A DNA stretch of 27,095 bases. Origin: a virus (Duplodnaviria > Caudoviricetes). The DNA lies in IMG/VR virus record IMGVR_UViG_3300036783_000362, positions 1 to 27,095 of that record; one strand, given 5' to 3'. A model generated the notes under the pieces. It made no database searches. It saw only the letters and a list, made by a program, of their open reading frames with translations, and was not told the DNA's origin. Made by a program: the position numbers and the translations under genes. This document shows, in pieces, positions 1-8,793 of the stretch (position 1 is its first letter; the number at the start of each line of letters is the position of its first letter).

Positions 1-321
1 GTGAATGGTGGTGTGAGCCAAGGTGTTTGGGCGGCTGAATTATTAGCTATTCGCTATGCGGCATGGATTAAGCCTGAGTTTGAAATTCAGGTGTACGAAA
101 CATTCCGAGAATCAGTGCTTAGTGGAATTAGCAGCGTGAATCGACTTAACCGCCTCGATTTGCTGATCGCGACCGAGACCAAAGAGGTCAGCGCCTGCGC
201 CAGGGCAATGAATAAATGGGGGGTTGGTGGGCGTAAGAAACTACTCAACGGTGTGCGTGAGCGGATCGTCAGCCAGATGGATCCCGACATGGTCACACTG
301 ATGGAAGCAAAGGTCGGTTAG
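1..321 (+). CDS. KilA-N domain protein (5' truncated by window edge)
   Basis: GG-xx-QGVWAAELLAIRYAAWIKPEFE matches the conserved C-terminal half of KilA-N domains. The ORF is open at base 1. Confidence 0.8.
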   Translation: MNGGVSQGVWAAELLAIRYAAWIKPEFEIQVYETFRESVLSGISSVNRLNRLDLLIATETKEVSACARAMNKWGVGGRKKLLNGVRERIVSQMDPDMVTLMEAKVG

Positions 322-372
322 CCAGCGCAAAATTGCGCCCGCTGATTTTTAAAGAAAATCACGCCAACACCT

Positions 373-409
373 CATTACAGAAGCTCTTCACTGAGGGGCT
401 TCGATAATG
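373..409 (+). other. Stem-loop element in the intergenic region upstream of the terminase genes
   Basis: CATTA...TAATG encloses GAAGCTCTTC-ACT-GAGGGGCTTC (10-bp stem with G:T pairs). There is no U-tract. Confidence 0.5.
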
Positions 410-458
410 AATATCCCTTTGCTGGGATAAAACAAAAATATCCCCGATCGAGGATAAA
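410..458. repeat. Two tandem AATATCCC-N7-GGATAAA dyads (TATCC-N8-GGATA), 27-bp period
   Basis: Read directly at 410-431 and 437-458. The second copy abuts the RBS (AGAGG) of the ORF at 468. Confidence 0.65.
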
Positions 459-467
459 GAGGTGCCA

Positions 468-686
468 ATGCCCGATACCTACAAAATCACGATCACCACC
501 ACATCCAAAGAAACCTTCACCGGCCTGATGAAGCGCCGCCAGCCAGAAATCATTAACGGTTTCGTAGCTTTGGCGACCGACACAGGCGAGTGGCGTTATT
601 TCCGACCGGATAGCGTGGAGCAGTTCCACTTTGTCCCGGTGGTAGAAGAACAGCCATCGGCAGAAGCAGAGGGCACCGCATCATGA
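468..686 (+). CDS. Small phage hypothetical protein
   Basis: AGAGG RBS 5 nt before ATG at 468 (ORF track uses GTG 462). ATGA overlap with the next gene. Confidence 0.7.
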   Translation: MPDTYKITITTTSKETFTGLMKRRQPEIINGFVALATDTGEWRYFRPDSVEQFHFVPVVEEQPSAEAEGTAS

Positions 687-889
687 AGAGCGAATTTATC
701 CCGGTCACCCTGAGCCTGGATGTTTCAGCAGCGGGGAAAGAAGCTAACGCCGTTGCCAGTGAGCTGCTGCGTCGCACCAATGAACTAAGCCCGCGCATTT
801 CAGAAGATGAGGCGCTTCGGATACTGCTGGTCGACATGACTCGGGATTACCTGAAGGCCAAGAGCCGGTCAGAACAAATAACGGAGTAA
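683..889 (+). CDS. Small phage hypothetical protein
   Basis: 68-aa ORF coupled to the previous gene and ending 3 nt before terS. Confidence 0.65.
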   Translation: MKSEFIPVTLSLDVSAAGKEANAVASELLRRTNELSPRISEDEALRILLVDMTRDYLKAKSRSEQITE

Positions 890-892
890 CGA

Positions 893-1543
893 ATGAGCAA
901 ACCGGACTGGGAGGCCATCGAGACGGCGTACCGGGCCGGAGTGATGTCTCTCCGAGAAATAGCATCACAACACGGTATCAGTGAAGGCGCTATCCGTAAG
1001 CGTGCAAAGCGTGACGACTGGTCACGTGACCTCAATGCGAAGATTCAGCAAAAGGCTGACGATCTGGTACGCAAACAGGAGGTACGCAAACGGGTACGCA
1101 ACGAAAGTACTTTGACCGAACGCGTACTGATAGAGGCGACTGCCGAGGTGATTGCCACGGTACGCATGGAGCACCGGGGAGACATTCGCCGGGCACGCGA
1201 ACTGACGAATACGCTATTCGATGAGCTGGCAGGAGAATGTGGCGATGTGGCCGCGCTTGAGATGCTCGGTGACCTGATGCGCCGTGAGGACGATAAAGGT
1301 CAGGATAAGCTCAACGATCTGTACCACAAAATAATCAGCCTTCCTTCCCGCGTTAAATCCATGAAAGACCTGAGCGACAGCCTGAAGACGCTGATCGGGC
1401 TCGAGCGTGAGGCGTACAGCATCGAGAATAAGGCAGAAACGAAAGAGGTCACCCATAACGTCATGCTGGTCCCAACCAGTGACAACGTGGATGACTGGGA
1501 AGCAGCAGCGCAGAAACAACAGGACGGGGTGCTCGGTGGATGA
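893..1543 (+). CDS. terS: Terminase small subunit
   Basis: N-terminal HTH (PDWEAIETAYRAGVMSLREIASQHGISEGAIRKRAKRDDW), GGAG RBS, ATGA overlap with terL. Confidence 0.85.
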   Translation: MSKPDWEAIETAYRAGVMSLREIASQHGISEGAIRKRAKRDDWSRDLNAKIQQKADDLVRKQEVRKRVRNESTLTERVLIEATAEVIATVRMEHRGDIRRARELTNTLFDELAGECGDVAALEMLGDLMRREDDKGQDKLNDLYHKIISLPSRVKSMKDLSDSLKTLIGLEREAYSIENKAETKEVTHNVMLVPTSDNVDDWEAAAQKQQDGVLGG

Positions 1544-3087
1544 ATTACAAAGCTGTATGGAAGCCACTGCCTGGATCGCAGTCTCTGGCGCTGAGCTGCC
1601 CGTGTAACGAAATCCTGTTCGAGGGCACTCGAGGACCGGGAAAGACCGCTGCTCAGTTAGCCAGGTTCCGGCGCAATGTCGGCGTGGGCTATGGCTCGTT
1701 CTGGCGCGGCGTAATCTTCGATACAGAATATAAGAACCTTGCCGACATCATCACCCAGTCGAAGCGTATGTTTCGCCTGTTCAACGACGGTGCGCGCTAC
1801 CTTTCATCTGCGAGCGAATTGCGATGGGTATGGCCCACAGGCGAAGAACTTCTCTTCCGCTTCGGCAAAGAGGCGGACGACTACTGGGATTTCCATGGTC
1901 AGGAATTTCCGTTTATCGGCTTTAACGAGCTGACGAAACAGCAGTCGCCCGAATTCTACGAAACGATGTTCTCCTGCCGACGCTCATCGTTCAGGCCGGA
2001 AAACTACCCGCTGGAAAATGGCAAGTTGCTGAGGCCGATCCCGCTGGAGACGTTCAGCACGACCAACCCATTCGGCATCGGGCATACCTGGGTTAAGAAA
2101 CGCTTCATTGAGCCAGCACCGCGCGGAACAGTGCAGCGTGACAGGCTGATGGTTTTCAACCCTCAGACAGAGCGAGAAGAGGAGATCACGCTGACGCGCG
2201 TGGCAATCCATGGTTCCTATAAAGAGAACCCGTACCTCGACCCGCAGTACATCGCTACCCTGATGGCCATCAAAGATCCTAACCGACGCAAAGCGTGGGT
2301 AGAGGGCTCATGGGATGTGACCAGTGGTGGGCGATTTGACCACCTGTGGAATGAGTCGCTGCACGTAATTAAGTCGTTCCGCATACCGGATAGTTGGACA
2401 GTTGACCGCTCCCATGACTGGGGGGAATCAAAGCCGTTTTCTAACCTCTGGTGGGCTCAGTCAGACGGCACTGAAGCAACGCTTCCTGACGGGCGTAAGT
2501 TCTGCCCGCCGACCGGTTCGCTAATCCTGATTGGTGAATGGTACGGCTGTCCGCCAGACGAGCTGAACAAGGGCCTCAATATGTCCTCCACCAACGTCGC
2601 TAAGGGCGTTTCGTGGGTGGATAAGCGGTTAATGGGTGAAGAGGTCGACGAACCTGAAGAAACGCAGGGGAAAGGCCAAATGCACATCGTGCCGGGCATA
2701 TGTAGCAGCGTCATTCCCGGCCCCGCTGATGGGGCGATCTTCAATACCGGTGACAATGAGCTATCCATTGCACAGAAGATGGAGGCGCAGGGCGTTACCT
2801 GGCTGGCTGCTGACAAGAAACCGGGTTCGCGTATCAACGGCGCATCACTCTTCGCTGACATGCTTGAGGCTGTGGTGGAGGGTAAGAAATCAGAGTCAGG
2901 CGTTCCTGAAAAACCAGCATTCTACGTCATGGAGCATTGCCGGGGTTGGATTAGTCGCATACCGGTGCTTGTTCGTGACGACAAGAAGCCTGATGACGTG
3001 GACACCACGCAGGAAGATCACGACTACGACGCCACTCGATACCGCGTATTGCACTCGCCGAAGAAAGTCGGCGCCATCTTCTTCTAA
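1540..3087 (+). CDS. terL: Terminase large subunit
   Basis: Q-motif region PLPGSQ, Walker A GTRGPGKT, Walker B-like FIGFNE, coupling motif STTNP, RNase H-like nuclease motifs HDWG and EDHDYDATRY. Confidence 0.93.
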   Translation: MNYKAVWKPLPGSQSLALSCPCNEILFEGTRGPGKTAAQLARFRRNVGVGYGSFWRGVIFDTEYKNLADIITQSKRMFRLFNDGARYLSSASELRWVWPTGEELLFRFGKEADDYWDFHGQEFPFIGFNELTKQQSPEFYETMFSCRRSSFRPENYPLENGKLLRPIPLETFSTTNPFGIGHTWVKKRFIEPAPRGTVQRDRLMVFNPQTEREEEITLTRVAIHGSYKENPYLDPQYIATLMAIKDPNRRKAWVEGSWDVTSGGRFDHLWNESLHVIKSFRIPDSWTVDRSHDWGESKPFSNLWWAQSDGTEATLPDGRKFCPPTGSLILIGEWYGCPPDELNKGLNMSSTNVAKGVSWVDKRLMGEEVDEPEETQGKGQMHIVPGICSSVIPGPADGAIFNTGDNELSIAQKMEAQGVTWLAADKKPGSRINGASLFADMLEAVVEGKKSESGVPEKPAFYVMEHCRGWISRIPVLVRDDKKPDDVDTTQEDHDYDATRYRVLHSPKKVGAIFF

Positions 3088-3098
3088 GGAGCTCATCA

Positions 3099-4538
3099 GT
3101 GAGTGAACAACAAGGCGAGGTTTCATTCCTCGTTAATGCCCTTGCTGATGCTATCGGGCGGCAGCGCATGCTGTACGCAGGACGCAACGGCAACGTGAAG
3201 CGCACGAAGCTCTGGGATGAGTTTGGATACCCAGAGAATCTCGACTTCGACAACTTCTATCGGCAATACCGACGCGGGTCGACCGGTTTCGCAGCTGTGC
3301 ATAAGCTGCTTGATTCATGCTGGACTGACCGTCCGACCATCATTGACGGTGATGAAGACAAAGAATCGACCGAGACGACCGACTGGGAGACGGCCGTCAC
3401 GAAGCTCATGAAAAAGCAGTGGGCGAAAATTAAGGATGCCGATCGCCGCAACATGGTTGGCCGATATTCGGCGCTGCTTATTCAGGTCCGTGACAATCGT
3501 GACTGGAGCCAGCCCGTCGACATCAACGTGGTGAAGAAGCTCGGCACCAAAGCTCTGGTTAAGCTGATCCCCGCATGGGAAACACAGGTTAAGCCGGGAA
3601 ATACCGATATCGATACCTGGTCAGATAATTACGGCCAGCCAGTCAGTTATCAGTTCAACGAGCAGCCAGTTGGCGATGAAGGCACGTTTGGTAACCCACG
3701 CGCCGTTACGGTTCACCCTGACCGCATCATCCTTCTGTGCGAAGGCTCTGAGGATGAGAACATCCTATCAGGCATTCCGTTGCTTGAGGCCGGTTACAAC
3801 GACCTGCTCGATATTGAGAAGACCAAGGGCGGCAGCGCTGAGGGCTTCCTCAAGAACGCAAGCCGTCAATTGGGCATTGAGTTCAGCAAAGAAACCGATA
3901 TGGCTACGCTTATGAAAGCGGCCAAGGATGCCGGATTCAATGACCTTGGCGATGCGCTGAACGATAAAATCAATCGCATGAATCGAGGTACCGATTCGGC
4001 ACTGGTCATGCAGGCCGGGCAGGCTTCGGTGTTATCCGTGGCAGCAGCCGATCCGATGCCAACCTGGACCGTCTCGGCTAACCAGTTCTCAGCAACCATA
4101 CAATGCCCGTTCAACATCCTGTTCGGTAAGCAGACTGGCAACCTCGCATCAGAAGAGGACAAGACAGCCTGGGCGAACCGATGCAATGAGCGGCGCTGGG
4201 GCTTCATGTCTGATGTGGTAACCCGGCTGATTGAGCGCTTCTGGACTATCGGTATTATCGATCCGCCATCATCAGGCGAAGTAACCCTCGCATGGTCAGA
4301 TTTGCTGGCTCCTAGCGAAAAAGACAAGCTCGCCAATATGTCGACCATGGCCGACGTGGCCTACAAAACTCAGCAAGCGTTCGGGACACCTGCAGTGGAC
4401 GAAAACGAAGTTCGCGCAGTCGGTGAGCTTGAACCACGCAAAGAGGCTGAAACCCCAGACCCCAACAAAAAGGTAACCACCGATGATCCTCTTGAACCAA
4501 AAGATGAGAGTCGGGACGCCAATCGTACCGCGCAATAA
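3099..4538 (+). CDS. Portal protein (DUF1073-type)
   Basis: 479 aa directly after terL with AAGGAG RBS and GTG start. Motifs EFGYPE, VHPDR, EAGYNDLLDIEK..GGSAEGFLKNASRQL and ILFGKQTG are typical of this portal family. Confidence 0.85.
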   Translation: MSEQQGEVSFLVNALADAIGRQRMLYAGRNGNVKRTKLWDEFGYPENLDFDNFYRQYRRGSTGFAAVHKLLDSCWTDRPTIIDGDEDKESTETTDWETAVTKLMKKQWAKIKDADRRNMVGRYSALLIQVRDNRDWSQPVDINVVKKLGTKALVKLIPAWETQVKPGNTDIDTWSDNYGQPVSYQFNEQPVGDEGTFGNPRAVTVHPDRIILLCEGSEDENILSGIPLLEAGYNDLLDIEKTKGGSAEGFLKNASRQLGIEFSKETDMATLMKAAKDAGFNDLGDALNDKINRMNRGTDSALVMQAGQASVLSVAAADPMPTWTVSANQFSATIQCPFNILFGKQTGNLASEEDKTAWANRCNERRWGFMSDVVTRLIERFWTIGIIDPPSSGEVTLAWSDLLAPSEKDKLANMSTMADVAYKTQQAFGTPAVDENEVRAVGELEPRKEAETPDPNKKVTTDDPLEPKDESRDANRTAQ

Positions 4539-5469
4539 AGCTGACCCGACGCTGTCATCGCGACAGGTCAGCCGAATGTTCAACGATATCGAAGACCGGT
4601 ATCTGAACATTAAACGGCGGCTAAAGGATTTGTTCGACCTGCGATTGACCGGCCGCCAGCGGGAAACCAACGGAGATCGGTCATGGATGATGTGCAACAA
4701 CGAAGGCGCAGAGCCATCGCTGTACCGGGTGAACGCCGGTAAGTACATCTACGACATGACGGCGGCCCAACTGGCCGACCTCCTGCAGGTGGTCCAGTCG
4801 ATACTGGATGACGAGCTGCTTGAAGGTGGCAGTCAGAACATCTGGGCGATGGATTACGTTACTGCTGAGTATGAGCGCGGTACGCTAAACGCCTTCACTA
4901 ATCTTTCGGTGCAGTCACCGGTGTACGCCAGCCAGACGACGCTGCAGCAGTTGCTGTCGAGTGCGGCATATCAAAACCAGATTGCCAGCGCATACATAAG
5001 CACTTACAGCGACTGGAAGGGGATCAGCGACACCGCGCGCGCAGACCTTGCCAATGTCATTGCCGATTCTATCGGGCGAGGCATTAACCCGCGCGAGACG
5101 GCCAGCATTGTCAGTAAGCGCCTCGATGTCAGCATGTCGAAAGCCAAGACCATCGCTCAGACTGAGCAGGTCGGCGCGCTGCGTGAAGCGCAATGGAACG
5201 AGACGGATTGGGCCGCTGACCGGCTGGGTCTGAATACCGGCCTGCTGTGGCTGTCGGCACTCAAGCCAACGACGCGCCTGTGGCACGCCAGCCGTCACGG
5301 AAATGTCTACACCACCGAAGAGGTGAGGGACTTCTACGCCGAGAGCGGGAACCGCTACAACTGCTACTGCAGCCAGATCCCGGTACTGCTCAACGACGAC
5401 GGCAGCATTTTCAATGAAGGGCTGGCGGACAAGCTGGCGAACGAGCGCAAGGCATGGAAAGCTGGTTAA
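4483..5469 (+). CDS. Phage minor head / head morphogenesis protein (Mu gpF / SPP1 gp7-like)
   Basis: AKTIAQTE, WLSALKPTTRxWHASRHG and NRYNCYC motifs. Follows the portal. The start may be 4483 or 4504. Confidence 0.85.
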   Translation: MILLNQKMRVGTPIVPRNKADPTLSSRQVSRMFNDIEDRYLNIKRRLKDLFDLRLTGRQRETNGDRSWMMCNNEGAEPSLYRVNAGKYIYDMTAAQLADLLQVVQSILDDELLEGGSQNIWAMDYVTAEYERGTLNAFTNLSVQSPVYASQTTLQQLLSSAAYQNQIASAYISTYSDWKGISDTARADLANVIADSIGRGINPRETASIVSKRLDVSMSKAKTIAQTEQVGALREAQWNETDWAADRLGLNTGLLWLSALKPTTRLWHASRHGNVYTTEEVRDFYAESGNRYNCYCSQIPVLLNDDGSIFNEGLADKLANERKAWKAG

Positions 5470-5531
5470 AATCATTTTTTCAATAACGTTATGCATGCAA
5501 TGATTCAGGTGTTCTTTAATTGGAGAAAGGC

Positions 5532-5798
5532 ATGCATAACATACAAGCTCTTGATAAATGGTTGGTTGGTCTTTGGTACACCTCCGGAGGATTAAACGAT
5601 CAGCAGTTCAACATTGCTGCTTATGAGTTAATTCGCTCCAACCCGGGAAGAATTTTAGATAGTGGAGAGATAAGAGAGTACATTCTGTCCAAATACGATG
5701 GTGTCGCCGAAGAGGGTGGCGATATTTGGAACCGAGCATGCGAGAGAGCTTTCTTGGTGACAAATCTATCTGAATTCATGAAGATAAATAACATCTGA
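5532..5798 (+). CDS. AT-rich moron-like hypothetical protein (88 aa)
   Basis: GGAG RBS before ATG 5532. Visibly AT-richer than its flanks and followed by an intrinsic terminator. Confidence 0.7.
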   Translation: MHNIQALDKWLVGLWYTSGGLNDQQFNIAAYELIRSNPGRILDSGEIREYILSKYDGVAEEGGDIWNRACERAFLVTNLSEFMKINNI

Positions 5799-5800
5799 TA

Positions 5801-5828
5801 AAAGGTCGCTTCGGCGGCCTTTTTTATT
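5801..5828 (+). terminator. Rho-independent terminator
   Basis: AGGTCGC-TTCG-GCGGCCT hairpin followed by TTTTTATT, with an A-run upstream (possibly bidirectional). Confidence 0.8.
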
Positions 5829-5856
5829 GCCTGAAATCCACCAATGAGGACCCAGC

Positions 5857-7245
5857 ATGAAGCGCAACCGCGTTAACGTGCTGACCGTCGTCAACTCCGC
5901 TTCAAACATCACCACTGAAACCATCGACAGCAAGCCACATATCGTGGTTCGCGGCATTACGCCTGTCGTGGACGATATCGTGATGAACCGGAAGTTGTAC
6001 CCGGCAGCAGAAATCGAAAAGGCCTACAACACGCTTGAGCGTAACCCGATGCCGCTGGGCCACCCGAAGGTGGATGGCAAGCACGTATCAGCTCGTGATG
6101 TACGGGCGGTGAACAACTATCACGTGGGGGCATGGCTCCAGAACGTCAGCCACAAAGACGGGAAGGTAACTGGCGATATGTACGTTGATCGCCAGTATGC
6201 AGAGTCCAGCGATAAAGGTAAGCGCCTCGTCAATCGCCTCGACGAGATGTCAGCCGGTACCAACTCCGACCCGATCCACATCTCCACCGGCCTGCTTTAT
6301 TCCGGTATTGCAGCCAATGGCGAGTCCAAGGGCAAGAAGTACGACGAGATTGCCACCAACATGAACTTTGACCATGTAGCCGTCCTGCTTGATGAGCCGG
6401 GAGCGGGTACGCCGGGAGAGGGCGTTGGCATTTTTGTTAACTCTGAAGGTGATGAGCAGCAGATCGAAGTTGCCCATCTGGCCGAGGCGGCTGACTGCAC
6501 ACGGGAAGGGTTGCTGAATAAAACCAAATTCTTCTTCACCAATGCCTCCAACTTTTCTTTCGACGACATCTCCCGCGCTATCAGCGACAAGCTGCGTGAG
6601 GGGGACGCCGAAGATAAGTGGCTTTGGCCTGAAACGGTGTGGCCGGACAGCTTCATCTACCGCAATGACACCAAATACCTGAAGCAGAAGTACCTCATCG
6701 ATGATGACGGCAAGGCCGTGTTCGTCGGCGAACCTGTAGAAGTCGTGCGCAAACCCACTGAGTACGAGATTAAAACCAACGGAGAGAACGATCCGATGAA
6801 AGAACTGATTATCAATGCGCTGAAAGCCGCTGGTAAGCCGACTGATGGAAAGTCAGACGCCGAGCTGATGGACGCATACAACCAGATGGCCGCCGAGAAG
6901 GCAAAGCCAAAAGAGGAAACGCCTGAAGAAAAGGCCGCCCGCGAGAAGGCCGAAAAGGAAGAACGCGAGCGCGCCAACAACCAAGCGGAAGCACCAGCAT
7001 GGTTCAAGCCATTCGCTGACGATCTCGCTGCGGTTAAATCGGGCCTCGCTGTTAACTCTGACAAAGAGAAAGCCGACAAGCGCGCCGCTGTGAAGCTCGC
7101 AATGAACATGAGCGATGAAGAAGTCGCCGATCTGGATGGTAAAGCGTTAGAGCGCCTGTATGCCAACAGCCAGAAATCTACCGGCCTGAATGGTGCATTC
7201 CGCCAGGTCAATTCCTCAGAATCAGTCAGCGAAATGCCGGAGTAA
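5857..7245 (+). CDS. Prohead protease/scaffold protein (DUF2213-like)
   Basis: PMPLGHP, ISTGL and FDHVAVLLDEPGAG motifs, with a charged Ala/Glu/Lys-rich C-terminal scaffold-like region. Lies upstream of the capsid genes. Confidence 0.8.
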   Translation: MKRNRVNVLTVVNSASNITTETIDSKPHIVVRGITPVVDDIVMNRKLYPAAEIEKAYNTLERNPMPLGHPKVDGKHVSARDVRAVNNYHVGAWLQNVSHKDGKVTGDMYVDRQYAESSDKGKRLVNRLDEMSAGTNSDPIHISTGLLYSGIAANGESKGKKYDEIATNMNFDHVAVLLDEPGAGTPGEGVGIFVNSEGDEQQIEVAHLAEAADCTREGLLNKTKFFFTNASNFSFDDISRAISDKLREGDAEDKWLWPETVWPDSFIYRNDTKYLKQKYLIDDDGKAVFVGEPVEVVRKPTEYEIKTNGENDPMKELIINALKAAGKPTDGKSDAELMDAYNQMAAEKAKPKEETPEEKAAREKAEKEERERANNQAEAPAWFKPFADDLAAVKSGLAVNSDKEKADKRAAVKLAMNMSDEEVADLDGKALERLYANSQKSTGLNGAFRQVNSSESVSEMPE

Positions 7246-7248
7246 AAA

Positions 7249-7677
7249 ATGGCTAAAGACGGAAAACACGTAATTCACGCCGGTGGCGTATTCCCTAATC
7301 CGCTACTCAACCGTGAAGGCCGCGCTACTGCGGTCAAGCCTGGCACTCTGGGCTTCTTTGATGCTGGCGTATTCAAAGCGTCAGTTGCAGGTGCTGAGCA
7401 GGCTGTCATCTACGCAGCAGATTACGACTATCTGCGCTGCAAGACTGTTGATGACACCTTCGCAGTTGACGATCTGCTGGTAGCTATTCACCCGCTGCCG
7501 GGCATGTTCCTGAACGTCCGAGCGACGGCAGGCACCTATATAAAAGGCGATGCTCTCTCTATCGTCAACGGCCAGGTGAAAAAATGGGCCACTGGTGAGG
7601 CTGACCGTTGCTATTGCGACGAAGAGCGCTCAATTACCGCCGCTGCTGGCGACCTCATTCGCGTAGTGATTAAGTAA
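7249..7677 (+). CDS. Putative head decoration protein
   Basis: 142-aa beta-rich ORF between scaffold and major capsid. Assignment by synteny. Confidence 0.6.
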   Translation: MAKDGKHVIHAGGVFPNPLLNREGRATAVKPGTLGFFDAGVFKASVAGAEQAVIYAADYDYLRCKTVDDTFAVDDLLVAIHPLPGMFLNVRATAGTYIKGDALSIVNGQVKKWATGEADRCYCDEERSITAAAGDLIRVVIK

Positions 7678-7688
7678 GGAGTCACTGA

Positions 7689-8783
7689 ATGCTTGTTTAT
7701 TCAAAATCGCTGGGCGAAAAGACCGGCAACCTGGCCGTGAACCAGTACCAGTTCGGCATGCTTTCTCAGGAGCGTGACGCTGCTCTGAACCATCAGGGCG
7801 TGAACGTGATGCAGGAGATGGCTGATCGCATCAACGCAGTTAACCGACTGAACGGCATCAATGCGGTGCGTTCACCTGCGGACCTGTATAAGGCGTTTGA
7901 CCAGACCGTACTGCGTCAATTCCAGCCCAACACTGAGTTCACCCTGTTCAACGACCTGATGCCTCTGTCTCGTTCGGTGCGCATCAACCAGACCGTGTAC
8001 GAATACGCCAAGTCCGGTGGCCGCATGTGGGCGCATACGTCCATGTCAGGCCAGATTGGCGCGGCGCTGGATGCCGTGCAGTACCAGTACGACGGCACGA
8101 TGGTTCCGGTGCACGATACCGGCTTCAAGTTCCACTGGCGTGAGCCTCGCCTGAACAACCCGGATGCGTTCGACATCATCTCTGATGCTCAGTTCGAGTC
8201 AACCAACGAAGTCCGTCGCCAGTATGTGGATTACATCTACAACGGCTATCGCGACGCGGAAGGCAACTACATCAAGTTTGACGAGAAGACTTGGAAGGGT
8301 CTGAAGAATGACGAGCGTGTGGCGATGGTGGACCTGGGCGCATCTGGGCTGAATATCGACTTCACCAGCGCTTCTGCTACTGCGGAGCAAATCCGCAACG
8401 CGGCGATCAAGCTGCGCGATACGCTCAAGCTGACCAACAACCAGTACGCAGAGCAGACCTGGTATGTGTCGAGTGCAATCATTTCCAACCTAGAGCGCTA
8501 CTTCAGCGACAACTACCAGTCTGACACCATCCTGCAGGAACTTCTGAAACTGTCCGGTATTTCCGCGATTAAAGAAGATGCCCAGCTGACTGGTAACCAG
8601 ATCCTGATTGTTCCGCTGACTGCTGGCGTAATCGCGCCGATTGTTGGCCAGGCGTTCGGTACCGTTGCCGATCCGCGTGCGTTCTACAACAGCGATTATA
8701 TCTGGCGCACCTGGGGCGCTGCTGGCCTGATGGTTAAGACCGACATCAACAGCAAAAAATCAGTCATCTACGCACACGGCTAA
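7689..8783 (+). CDS. Major capsid protein
   Basis: 364 aa with a strong AAGGAG RBS and codon usage of a highly expressed gene. Position after scaffold/decoration genes. Confidence 0.85.
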   Translation: MLVYSKSLGEKTGNLAVNQYQFGMLSQERDAALNHQGVNVMQEMADRINAVNRLNGINAVRSPADLYKAFDQTVLRQFQPNTEFTLFNDLMPLSRSVRINQTVYEYAKSGGRMWAHTSMSGQIGAALDAVQYQYDGTMVPVHDTGFKFHWREPRLNNPDAFDIISDAQFESTNEVRRQYVDYIYNGYRDAEGNYIKFDEKTWKGLKNDERVAMVDLGASGLNIDFTSASATAEQIRNAAIKLRDTLKLTNNQYAEQTWYVSSAIISNLERYFSDNYQSDTILQELLKLSGISAIKEDAQLTGNQILIVPLTAGVIAPIVGQAFGTVADPRAFYNSDYIWRTWGAAGLMVKTDINSKKSVIYAHG

Positions 8784-8793
8784 GGGGTGGGAT

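Noticed and set aside
3099-4538. Possible anti-CBASS Acb1 label sometimes attached to DUF1073 portal proteins
   Set aside because: No paired HxT/S 2H-phosphoesterase motifs are visible. Size and position fit a plain portal.
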